From Bdellovibrionia bacterium (GTDB taxonomy: Bacteria > Bdellovibrionota > UBA1018), in the NCBI GenBank assembly GCA_045805065.1, contig JBJMMA010000185.1, positions 1 through 47,121 on the forward strand: a stretch of 47,121 nt of DNA. The letters run 5' to 3'. Shown in pieces: positions 8,988 to 17,712 of the stretch. Below the pieces are notes generated by a model. The model saw nothing but the letters and a program-made list of their open reading frames with translations. It searched no databases and had not been told where the DNA came from. The position numbers were made by a program, and so were the translations under genes. Every line of letters begins with the position of its first letter. Within the stretch, counting starts at the first letter, position 1.

Positions 8988-9701
8988 ATGAAACTCATCA
9001 TCAACAACCTGCGCAATGAAATTGAGCAAGCAAAAGCTGCGACCATCGAGTTTCAGATCGAGTGCGGGACTTTTTTTCGGGAAAAGCGTGTCCTGCGTGG
9101 GAAGACGGAAGGCGAAGTCGCCGAGTTTCTGAAGCTAGCCCCACAAGTCATCCTGGATTACGAAAGTGGCAAAGAAGCGATTCCACTCGACCAGGTGGAT
9201 GCGCTCTCGCGCTTTCTTGAAATTCCATTCAAAGAGATCATGGAGCTTCATCTGAGGCTTGAAGAGAAGATCATGCCTTCACCGCCACCCCAACAGAAGT
9301 CCCTGGACGCTCAAGACCTGGGGAAGGTGGTCCTGGAGACTAGAAAAACACTGTTTCTATCCTTAAAGGATTTAGCTCAGCTTCTTTCAAAGTCCGGCTT
9401 TCCCATCACTGAAGAGGCATTGACGAGAATTGAGGAAGGGAGCGAGGTTGCCTCAGCTGAGTTTTGGCTCAGCTTCTGTTCTTTATGCCACTTGGAGCTC
9501 AACTCCGCTCGAACGTATTCACGCCCGGAGCATCTCATGCGTTTATATGAAGCCTATAGAAAAAATAAGCTTCGTATTCCAATGAGCTCAAAGCTTCAAA
9601 ATTCCTTTGAAAAGTTTCACGCTGCCCACGAGGCTAACAGCTACATGCTGTCTTACTTGTATCGATTCTCTTTGGCGTTTAAGCGCCGTTGGCTCAAATA
9701 A
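8988..9701 (+). CDS. Protein with two XRE-type HTH domains
   Basis: 'FREKRVLRGKTEGEVAEFL...YESG' and 'ETRKTLFLSLKDLAQLL...RIEEG'. Confidence 0.75.
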   Translation: MKLIINNLRNEIEQAKAATIEFQIECGTFFREKRVLRGKTEGEVAEFLKLAPQVILDYESGKEAIPLDQVDALSRFLEIPFKEIMELHLRLEEKIMPSPPPQQKSLDAQDLGKVVLETRKTLFLSLKDLAQLLSKSGFPITEEALTRIEEGSEVASAEFWLSFCSLCHLELNSARTYSRPEHLMRLYEAYRKNKLRIPMSSKLQNSFEKFHAAHEANSYMLSYLYRFSLAFKRRWLK

Positions 9702-9754
9702 GTCAGGGCGATTCTGTTGAAATCGGGGTTGCGTTACTATATACCCTGAGCCGC

Positions 9755-10501
9755 ATGTCGCAGTCGGTCAAAGCAACTCAGCCATCTTCAGTAAATGACG
9801 TTCTTCTCGATTCTGTGAATCGCCGTTTAGTTGAAGCCGCAACTCGCTTTGCGATCCTCCTCAACCGCATGGGCTATCCCGCGCAGGCTTACTCCGAATC
9901 AGCACTTCAGAAAGTGACTGTTACGCCTGCTCCTCAAAAAGAGTTGATCGCATCTCATCTTGAAAGCTGGAGCGAGTGGATTGAGCCCCTGGATCCAAGC
10001 AAGTCTTATGACAATGAGATCTCGCTTCTCCTGCGCGCATTAGCTAAGCATGGCTTTGATCTTGACGAAGAGTTTTTCAAGACGATCGAGAAGGATCAGA
10101 TCATAGAGCTCTATGATGAAGACATGATCCAGCTTTATCGAAGCTTCAATTTCTACAAGATTACTGGCTACAGCATTCTCGATATTTCATTGTACGAGTG
10201 GTACGTGCTTTGGGATCGTCCTCGCCAATCTCTGGAGAGCATCGGCGCTGAGCTTCAAGAGGCGTTGAAGACTTACATTCCGGTTAAGCCATTCCAGACA
10301 AAAACTCATCTCGTGCGCGAGATCTTCAATGCCGCCAAGTCCGAGAATTTCAAGCCTCGTGCAGCGCTTTTGACTCCCGTGCGCCTGGGCACTTTGATGC
10401 CTAAGCCGTTTAGCACGAATAATAAAAAAGGTTTCATCTGCACATCCACCGGCGAAATGATCGCCATCGGCAAAGATGCACAGAACATCGAGTTTATTTG
10501 A
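9755..10501 (+). CDS. Hypothetical protein (possible PAS-like sensor fold)
   Basis: Long ORF, probable ATG 9755; 'IIELYDEDMIQLYRSFNFYKITGYS' resembles a PAS N-terminal signature (inference). Confidence 0.7.
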   Translation: MSQSVKATQPSSVNDVLLDSVNRRLVEAATRFAILLNRMGYPAQAYSESALQKVTVTPAPQKELIASHLESWSEWIEPLDPSKSYDNEISLLLRALAKHGFDLDEEFFKTIEKDQIIELYDEDMIQLYRSFNFYKITGYSILDISLYEWYVLWDRPRQSLESIGAELQEALKTYIPVKPFQTKTHLVREIFNAAKSENFKPRAALLTPVRLGTLMPKPFSTNNKKGFICTSTGEMIAIGKDAQNIEFI

Positions 10502-10580
10502 TGAGCCTTCAGCAGCCTGCGATTTCTCGCTACGAACGCAAGCTGGCTAATTTTGAAGTCGCGGTACACACGTTGCAGCT

Positions 10581-11495
10581 TTGAACCAGTTGGCCGCGAG
10601 AGTCAGGGTGAAAAAAGAGCAGGCGAAAGCAAAGATGGAAAAGCGTCCGGTGACGCCGTTGGAGGGCGAGCTTATTGCTGAAATTGATGAAGCCGCCGAC
10701 CGACTTTTGTTCTTATCAAAGGTCAGTCAGGTGCTCGGTCGTGCGTTAACTGACAAGGAATGCTTTGACCATTTGTTGGAGCTGGTGGTGCCGAAACTGG
10801 CAGATTGGGCCACGCTCACGATTGTCAACGAGCGCGACGAGCTCCAGCGTGTTGGAACCGCACATACTGATCTTGTAAAAAGACAGCTATTAAAAGATTT
10901 AGGAAACCGGTACCCGCCGAGAATTGATGACCCGACTGGTCCGGGGTTTACGATTCGGAATGGAAAATCCGAATTTGTTCCTGATTACGGACAGACGTTC
11001 GACGTACAGATGAATCAGGTTCGTTATCCGGAGCTCAGGGAGATCTTACGAACTTTACGCATTCGTTCCAAAATTTCGGTTCCCATCTCCGCGCACGGAA
11101 GGATACTGGGCGCTCTTTGGATAGCCACTTCTGACTCAGGGCGAGTTTTCAATGAAAGTGACTTGAAACTGGCCGAGGAAATCGCGTCACGCGCGGGCTA
11201 TTTCGCTTACCACTTGATCCAGTATGCTCTTGCTTCGCGGAAGTTTGAAAGGCTCCAAATTGAAGTTCATGTAAGGGAACAGCTGCTTTCTCAGCTTCGC
11301 CATGATGTGCGTTCAATCTTGAGCTCCGCACTTCTGTCTGCGCAGATGATCGAGCGGAGCGACACAACAAAAAAGAATATTTACGCGAAACGAATCATCA
11401 CCGCTGTTCAGAGAGCAACAGAGATCTTGGACAAGACAAAGGAGAGCGCTCTGGCTGAAGCTTCGCATGGCTTTACGGACAAAAAGAGCGCATGA
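10581..11495 (+). CDS. GAF domain + HisKA (DHp) protein lacking a HATPase domain
   Basis: 'VPKLADWA', 'VPISAHGRILGAL', 'FNESDLKLAEEIASRA', H-box 'HDVRSILS'; start uncertain (10581, 10608 or 10634). Confidence 0.8.
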   Translation: MNQLAARVRVKKEQAKAKMEKRPVTPLEGELIAEIDEAADRLLFLSKVSQVLGRALTDKECFDHLLELVVPKLADWATLTIVNERDELQRVGTAHTDLVKRQLLKDLGNRYPPRIDDPTGPGFTIRNGKSEFVPDYGQTFDVQMNQVRYPELREILRTLRIRSKISVPISAHGRILGALWIATSDSGRVFNESDLKLAEEIASRAGYFAYHLIQYALASRKFERLQIEVHVREQLLSQLRHDVRSILSSALLSAQMIERSDTTKKNIYAKRIITAVQRATEILDKTKESALAEASHGFTDKKSA

Positions 11496-11508
11496 AACTT
11501 GGCGCTCG

Positions 11509-12720
11509 CTAAACAGGCACGCGTTGTTTGCGAGAAGCCAGCATCACGCCAAAGATCGAGATGAGGGCCGGGAACAGTGCCCAAAGAGCAAGGTCCGAGG
11601 CTTCAATGAGTGTGGTACTGACCAGCGGAGCAACGATCTGCGCGCAGGACTGAAGCGTCTGATTGACTCCCATGATTCTTCCGCGCTCGTTTGGCTGAAC
11701 ATGGCCTGTGATCTCACTTGTAAGCGCAGGTCTCAGTACGCCTCCACCAAAGCTCGTAAAAAGCCCAGTCAGTGCGATCCAGAAAGGATTGGAAACCACG
11801 CTCAAAAGAATGTAGCCAATGACGCTTGAGACAAATCCCAGGCGAGCGAGTTTTCTTTCGCCAAATCTCTCAACGAGCTTCCCCATGAGCCCGACCTGAA
11901 GAATGATCTGCAGTAAGCCGAAATAAGTGAATGCATATCCGACTTGCTGAGCGTTCAGCGGTAAACCATGGAAGGTGAATCGCCTTTCAGAGAAAAGCGC
12001 AAAGCCTGACATATAGGCCGAGAACGAGAAGTAAAAGAGCAGGATCTGAAGAAGCAAGCCTGAGAGCACCGGCTTTTTAAAGAAGCGAAAGAAGACTTTG
12101 ATCTCAGATTCCTTTTTTGCACCGGGAGCAGGCGCTGCTGCAGAGTGAGCAGGCTTGGTCGCTTTGGGCAGAAGAAAGGTGCTCGCCATGATGCTCGAAA
12201 AAGAGAGGAACGCCGCTGCAAGAATCGGCACGCGATGACCATACTGATAAAGAAAAGCAGTCAGCGCAGGGCCGACGAAAAAACCGATTCCAAAGGCCAT
12301 GCTGATTTTGCCAAAGTTTTTTGCGCGATCCTTTGGATTTGCGATGTCAGAAATGTAAGCCTGAGCGGTCGACAGGTTTCCAGCGGTCAGGCCATCGATG
12401 ACACGCGCGACGAAAATCCAAAACAGGGACGGAGCTGAAGCTAAAAGAAGAAAGCTCAAGAACGTGCCTATCTGACTGACGATCAGTACAGGTTTTCTTC
12501 CGATTCGATCGCTCCATGCGCCCAGGATCGGGCCTGAGATCAATTGGCAAATAGCATAGCTCGAGACCAGCATTCCAACCGTGAACGGACTTGCGCCAAA
12601 GCGTTCAGCATAAAAGGGCAAAAGCGGAAGAATGATCGTAATCCCCAGAACGTCGATCAGTACGATGAGAAAAATTGCCAGAAGCCGACGGTCTGAGGTG
12701 AAGTTCATATTTGTGACCAT
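11509..12720 (-). CDS. MFS transporter, TetA/DHA1-like
   Basis: About 12 TM segments, motif A 'GAWSDRIGRKP', 'AQAYISD'. Confidence 0.92.
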   Translation of the reverse strand: MVTNMNFTSDRRLLAIFLIVLIDVLGITIILPLLPFYAERFGASPFTVGMLVSSYAICQLISGPILGAWSDRIGRKPVLIVSQIGTFLSFLLLASAPSLFWIFVARVIDGLTAGNLSTAQAYISDIANPKDRAKNFGKISMAFGIGFFVGPALTAFLYQYGHRVPILAAAFLSFSSIMASTFLLPKATKPAHSAAAPAPGAKKESEIKVFFRFFKKPVLSGLLLQILLFYFSFSAYMSGFALFSERRFTFHGLPLNAQQVGYAFTYFGLLQIILQVGLMGKLVERFGERKLARLGFVSSVIGYILLSVVSNPFWIALTGLFTSFGGGVLRPALTSEITGHVQPNERGRIMGVNQTLQSCAQIVAPLVSTTLIEASDLALWALFPALISIFGVMLASRKQRVPV

Positions 12721-12839
12721 GGGGAATATCTGAACGGGTTTTTAAAAACAAGAAAGCAGATCATTTCACTTCCAAGACTGTTCCCATACTATAGAGTAAG
12801 CAGGCGCCTGTTGCGCCGCAGGAAAAACTATAGGCATGT

Positions 12840-13523
12840 GTGATGCGCCCTTTTTGCTTTCTTTTGTGCGTATTTAGCTTAAGTGCTTGCTCTCAAGTCA
12901 GACTATCGCCTTATGAGGCCTCGAGCCCGCAACAGCGCGCGAAGTTCAAGAAAGTTCTCATGCCTTTAGCGGAAGGGACTCGTTTTGAAATTTCTCAAGG
13001 TGCTTTCGGTCGTAGCACGCACAACGATCCGGGACATGAGTACACATGGGACTTTGATGTTCCTTACGGCACAAAAGTTTTAGCAGTTGAAGCGGGCAAG
13101 GTCATCCAGATATGGGAACCAAACTCAGGCGGCGGTTGCGATCCAAAATTCAACAACAGCGCTCATAACATCCAGATCGAACACGCTGACGGAACCGTTG
13201 CTCAGTACACGCACATTCAAAGTCTTGTTCACGTCGGTGATTCAGTGAAGGCAGGGCAACCGATCGCTGTTACTGCAAGGAACGGATTTATCTGCACGCC
13301 TCAACTCGACCTCACTGTTTTTCAAGACCGAGAACATACTTTCTTAAAAGGTAATCCTAGAAATATCCCGGTTCTCTTTTATGGGTTGCCAGATGGTGGA
13401 ATGGCGCATGAAGGTTACAAGGGAAAGGTCCCTGCGTACTACACGCCCCGGACTTCCCTTTTTGAGGGAGATCCGGGGCATGAGTTTCATCTCGCATGCC
13501 GAGCTACAGCCACTGGAGCTTAG
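12840..13523 (+). CDS. M23 (LytM) family lipoprotein with degenerate HxH motif
   Basis: Lipobox LSAC; 'WDFDVPYGTKVLAVEAGKV', 'IEHADGTVAQYTHI', 'VGDSVKAGQPI'. Confidence 0.85.
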   Translation: MMRPFCFLLCVFSLSACSQVRLSPYEASSPQQRAKFKKVLMPLAEGTRFEISQGAFGRSTHNDPGHEYTWDFDVPYGTKVLAVEAGKVIQIWEPNSGGGCDPKFNNSAHNIQIEHADGTVAQYTHIQSLVHVGDSVKAGQPIAVTARNGFICTPQLDLTVFQDREHTFLKGNPRNIPVLFYGLPDGGMAHEGYKGKVPAYYTPRTSLFEGDPGHEFHLACRATATGA

Positions 13524-13525
13524 GT

Positions 13526-14290
13526 TCAACAGGCAAAGGATTGGGCACAAGCGTTGAGGCAATTCACCTGGCCGGGCTGCGTGCACGTGCAAGGTCCGCA
13601 TGCAGGAGGGGGATTCTCAGGCTGTGTCGGTGGATTTTCAGTTCCAGTCCCATTTCCGTTTCCATTGCCATTGCCATTGCCATTTCCATTACCATTTCCG
13701 TTTCCAGGCGGAGTGGTGATTGGGCCGGTATTCGGACCGGTACCCGGCGTACCGATTACGAGGGGAGTCGTGGTAGAGGCCGCGGTCGGAGTGCTGCTAG
13801 GTGTTGCACCGGCTGCTCCGCACATCGGGGAGCCGCTTGGGCTTACTAGGCACCATCGACCGCTAAAACTGTTCAAATTATTTCCCTTTGTGTCTCCCGG
13901 TTGTGAGTCGCCTTGGTAGTAATAGAGCGGGCGATTCGCGTAAATGATTTGTTGAGAGCCGTCCGAGCGAACGTAGGGAGTGCCGAGGCGATTCGACTGT
14001 GCGCCACCGCTTACGCCGACCGAATCGCCTGCGGCCCCCGTCAACGGTGGCCAAAGCCGAGCGCAGTCGTCAGTACATGTGCTTCCGTTAGGAGGATCTT
14101 TATCAAAGACATAGAGTGACTTACCTTGTCCATCAACCAGGTGGTCGCCCCCAGGTCCAGCCTGAGTGCCGATCGTGATAGTGGCGGCAGAAGCTGTCCG
14201 AATCTGCGGGATGGGATGGAGCTTGTTCACTGTGAATAAGCCGATGAACAAGGACGCGACGGGGAGCACTGTTTTCATGTAAGGCCGCAT
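13526..14290 (-). CDS. Secreted COG4315 (Lipoprotein_15 repeat) protein with Gly-Asn linker and Cys-rich tail
   Basis: 'LVDGQGKSLYVFDKD...CTDDCARLWPP' and 'PLYYYQGDSQPGD'. Confidence 0.85.
   Translation of the reverse strand: MRPYMKTVLPVASLFIGLFTVNKLHPIPQIRTASAATITIGTQAGPGGDHLVDGQGKSLYVFDKDPPNGSTCTDDCARLWPPLTGAAGDSVGVSGGAQSNRLGTPYVRSDGSQQIIYANRPLYYYQGDSQPGDTKGNNLNSFSGRWCLVSPSGSPMCGAAGATPSSTPTAASTTTPLVIGTPGTGPNTGPITTPPGNGNGNGNGNGNGNGNGNGTGTENPPTQPENPPPACGPCTCTQPGQVNCLNACAQSFAC
13649..13705 (-). repeat. Coding hexanucleotide repeat encoding (Gly-Asn)9
   Basis: Runs of ccattg/ccattt/ccgttt in frame in 13526..14290. Confidence 0.9.
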
Positions 14291-14428
14291 GCGAATACCT
14301 CTCTGCTTTTCGTTCGCTAGGGATGTGGTTCGCTAGGGATTTGTATGAGAGGCGGTTGTGCAATCGATGTTCCGCATGGAATGCGGCACGCTTTCAGCTC
14401 TTAGGCCTGGAATAGCATACGAGAGTGC

Positions 14429-16624
14429 TTAATTGACAGTTCCACCGAACAGGGAGCCGGTTCCGCTCACGACGCTGCCATTGACCGTGAGCGTTCCACC
14501 GGCCTTTGAAAGGGTATTGCCGTTGAGGCTGAGGTTACTCACGCTCAGGTTGTAGCCAGCCATGTCGGCATTTCCCGCCGTAAGTGTGAGAGTCTGGCCG
14601 GGGCTTGTCAGAGTGAGAGCCGACCCCAGGGTCAGGCCAGCGCCTCCAGATTTGTTGACGGTAATATTGCCGGAAGGAAGTGATGCTCCTGCATTGACAG
14701 TGATTGCTGATCCGCCGCTTCCAATCAGCTGAATGGAAGCTCCACCACCATTGAGGGCCGATGTTGATGTCACGTTTCCACTCACCTTATATGTTCCAGA
14801 GACTGCCGTCCTGCCGTCCAGACTCGACAAAGTCAGATTGCCGGCAATATTCATGGGTGTCGCCAACGAGATTTGTGCGTAAGCATCTGGCTTCATGACT
14901 ACATTATAAAAACTCATGCTGCCTGTATCGACGGTAAAGGTCATGCTGTCACTGTTCATTAAAGTGACCGTCGAAGTGCCGGTATTGACACTTCCAGCTA
15001 CGTAGTAAAAGTGCCCATTGAGCGAGAAGGAGTCCGTCAAGCTCACGGTTCCGCCGGTTGAATTGATCTTGAGGTTTGGAATCGTGTACGTTGAGCTTGC
15101 GCTGTGAATAGCCTGATTTGTCGTACCCACTAGAGAAAACAGGGTGGTTCCGTGGTTACAGCTCGATGTCGTTGTCAGGTCGCTAGAGACCTCAACAGTG
15201 CCACCAGAAAAACCGGTCCGGCCGTCCAAACAGCTGAGCGTGACGTTTCCTGCGACCTTCATGGTTCCTGATACGGTGACGACCGCATAACTATCAGGGG
15301 TAAAGGCCACATTATTGAATGTCAGCGGTCCCGGAGTGATGATCTGGGGGTTGCCATAACTATAGAAATTGAAATTGGTGCCCGAGAGAGTGACTGTTCC
15401 ACTGGTGTAAGTGAAATTTGAACTCACATTGATGTTTCCTGTGAATGTCACAGTGCCGCCAGTGGATGCGACCTCAATGGCAGGGAACCAGCTGGGTGTG
15501 CCTGATGCGGACAGCGTCTGGTTCGAGGAACCCTGGAGTTTGATTTTCGCCGTGCCAGTGTAGCCGTGATCGCTGAACGACACGTTGCCAGTTACGGCAA
15601 TTATTCCGTTGTCCAACGAGCTGCGACCATCAGTATTGCCGGACGAAAGGTTCCCGACATTCATCGTTCCGACAATTGTGTTGTAATCAAAAGGTCCGCC
15701 GAGAAAACTAACGTTGCCATAGGTGACATTGCCTGGAGTAATTGTCTTTGCACCGGCTCCAAAGAAAATTTGCCCGCTACCGGAGTTAAAAGTTGCTGAA
15801 CCCACGGTCCAGGTGCTGACATTGGCGTTGAGTACTCCACTGGTGCTATTGTAGGTGCCCCCAAGCAATATAAAGGCGCCATTGATTGTATGGGATCCGG
15901 ATCCGCCGTTAAAAGTTCCGGCAAACTGAATCCAGCCGCCGTTGGAGTTCACTGTGAGACTTCTGGTGGGAGTAAAGCCGATAGACCCGGTATAACTGGA
16001 AGTCATCCGCACGCCGCCTACAGTAGTTGAAGCAGATACAAGTGCATTGCATGTGCTTCCACACGTGCCATCGAAAACAGCGATATTACTTGCTCCTGGG
16101 ACTGCTCCACCGGACCAGTTTCCTGCATTAGCCCATGCTGTGTTGCCTCCAGCGCCGGTCCAGATATAGGGATTTGCTGACAGCGTTTCAGTTTGTGAGG
16201 CCGGAGAATAGTTCGTTGCCGAAGCTTGAATGTTATTGGATCCGGCTTGTGTTGCGACAAGATAAAAGCTTTGCAGATGAGTTCCGGAAGTGACAGTAAC
16301 GGAACTGATTGCCTGTGTGCAGTTGGCGTCAGAGTAGAAAGTGACTCCCGAAGAGCCCGTGAGATTGACACTCAGGTCAGAGCTGACATTGGTTGCTACG
16401 TTTGAGGCGTTTGCCGTTTGGACGGTGACAACTCCCGAGCAAAGAGATGACAGGAGCGATTGAGGCGAGGTCGTGAACGAGAGAATAGGCTTTCGGTTTT
16501 TCCAGAAAGCAATGGTTGGCAGGGTTGCAGAGCAATCCAGCGGATAAACCGCGGTTACAAGAGCCTGAATGAAGAGAGCTGCACGAACGCTCCTTTGAAT
16601 CATCTCTTTAGCTTTACTCCCCAT
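14429..16624 (-). CDS. Large secreted G/S/T/N-rich beta-solenoid (adhesin-like) protein
   Basis: Signal-like N-terminus, 'WTGAGGNTAWANAGNWSGG.VP' motif, three internal repeats of about 137 aa. Confidence 0.8.
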   Translation of the reverse strand: MGSKAKEMIQRSVRAALFIQALVTAVYPLDCSATLPTIAFWKNRKPILSFTTSPQSLLSSLCSGVVTVQTANASNVATNVSSDLSVNLTGSSGVTFYSDANCTQAISSVTVTSGTHLQSFYLVATQAGSNNIQASATNYSPASQTETLSANPYIWTGAGGNTAWANAGNWSGGAVPGASNIAVFDGTCGSTCNALVSASTTVGGVRMTSSYTGSIGFTPTRSLTVNSNGGWIQFAGTFNGGSGSHTINGAFILLGGTYNSTSGVLNANVSTWTVGSATFNSGSGQIFFGAGAKTITPGNVTYGNVSFLGGPFDYNTIVGTMNVGNLSSGNTDGRSSLDNGIIAVTGNVSFSDHGYTGTAKIKLQGSSNQTLSASGTPSWFPAIEVASTGGTVTFTGNINVSSNFTYTSGTVTLSGTNFNFYSYGNPQIITPGPLTFNNVAFTPDSYAVVTVSGTMKVAGNVTLSCLDGRTGFSGGTVEVSSDLTTTSSCNHGTTLFSLVGTTNQAIHSASSTYTIPNLKINSTGGTVSLTDSFSLNGHFYYVAGSVNTGTSTVTLMNSDSMTFTVDTGSMSFYNVVMKPDAYAQISLATPMNIAGNLTLSSLDGRTAVSGTYKVSGNVTSTSALNGGGASIQLIGSGGSAITVNAGASLPSGNITVNKSGGAGLTLGSALTLTSPGQTLTLTAGNADMAGYNLSVSNLSLNGNTLSKAGGTLTVNGSVVSGTGSLFGGTVN

Positions 16625-16785
16625 TTCTCCATTATATGGGGGATTATCCAGGACGTCTAAGTTAACTTCCTAGATAAACCCCCGATTTATTAGGAGCTTA
16701 TCAAAACTGTTAAGTTTCGATTACAGCTTCAGTAGTGGTTTGATTGCTATACTAGAATGCTCGCTGTTAACTAAATCGGTTGGGA

Positions 16786-17649
16786 CTACAGTGACCTGAG
16801 CGCCTTAGCGATGGCGCGAATTTCCGGTCCTTCTTTTTCGCCTTGGCGATGGACGATATAGACGCTTTGTTTTCGTTGTTTTTCGGGAATTGCACAAGGG
16901 TACTGAACGAGCTGGTACTTGGATGCCGCTTTTCGGTTGTATAGATTCACTACGAATTCAGGCAAATAAGCCAGAGCTAGGCCCTGGCCGCAAATCTCGA
17001 TAGCGGATTGCATCAGGGTCACCTGATACGCAAATTTGCGGGGAAATTCGTGGTCTGGCCAGCCGTCCAGCCCGACGACTTTCGATGGAGTCCCTTCGAG
17101 CGGAGCGAGAGGGACGACAAAGGGGGGATCATCCTCTTCAAGACCAGATGCGCCCTTTATTCCAAACACCCCCATGGTGATCTTGGAAACTTCTTTGAAG
17201 ACAACCTTGGGCGTCGGTATGGGAACGTAAGTAATGCCAACATCAGTGCGTCTTTGGCTGATGGACAGTTCCAATTGTCCTGGCGAGAACTCTTGCAGAA
17301 CTAGAGATCGAAAAGGATGGTGCTTCAAAAGTACGCTCAAGAAATACGTGGTGAATACTTCAAAGGAGCCAACGCGAAAGTGTTCGTTTGCGGTGGTCTG
17401 TCGCATATCCTTGCTGATATTTAGCCAAGAATTCAACAAAGGCTCCGCAGTCTGAAGGAAGCGCATTCCTGTTTCAGTAAGTACTAATCCCCGACCTTCT
17501 CTTTCCGTAAGATGGAGTCCCGTTTCAGTCTCCAAAAGTTTCATGGCCTTGGACAATGCGGGCTGGGAAATTTTTAAAATCTCACTTGCTTTGGTGATTG
17601 AGCCTGTTTTTGCCAAGACACAAAAATAACGAACACGATCTATATCCAT
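16786..17649 (-). CDS. LysR family transcriptional regulator
   Basis: 'GSITKASEILKISQPALSKAMKLLE...LTETG'; divergent from the P450 gene. Confidence 0.93.
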   Translation of the reverse strand: MDIDRVRYFCVLAKTGSITKASEILKISQPALSKAMKLLETETGLHLTEREGRGLVLTETGMRFLQTAEPLLNSWLNISKDMRQTTANEHFRVGSFEVFTTYFLSVLLKHHPFRSLVLQEFSPGQLELSISQRRTDVGITYVPIPTPKVVFKEVSKITMGVFGIKGASGLEEDDPPFVVPLAPLEGTPSKVVGLDGWPDHEFPRKFAYQVTLMQSAIEICGQGLALAYLPEFVVNLYNRKAASKYQLVQYPCAIPEKQRKQSVYIVHRQGEKEGPEIRAIAKALRSL

Positions 17650-17669
17650 AAGTTATGAATGTATAACTT
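17650..17669. promoter_or_regulatory. Probable LysR binding site
   Basis: AAGTTAT-N6-ATAACTT inverted repeat containing T-N11-A, abutting the LysR start codon. Confidence 0.6.
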
Positions 17670-17712
17670 TAATGAACTTATTTTCAATTATCTTCTGCAT
17701 TAAGTTGCTGAC

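Noticed and set aside
11509..12720. Acquired tetracycline-resistance gene
   Set aside because: Only family-level TetA/DHA1 similarity, with no tetR or mobile context; substrate unknown.
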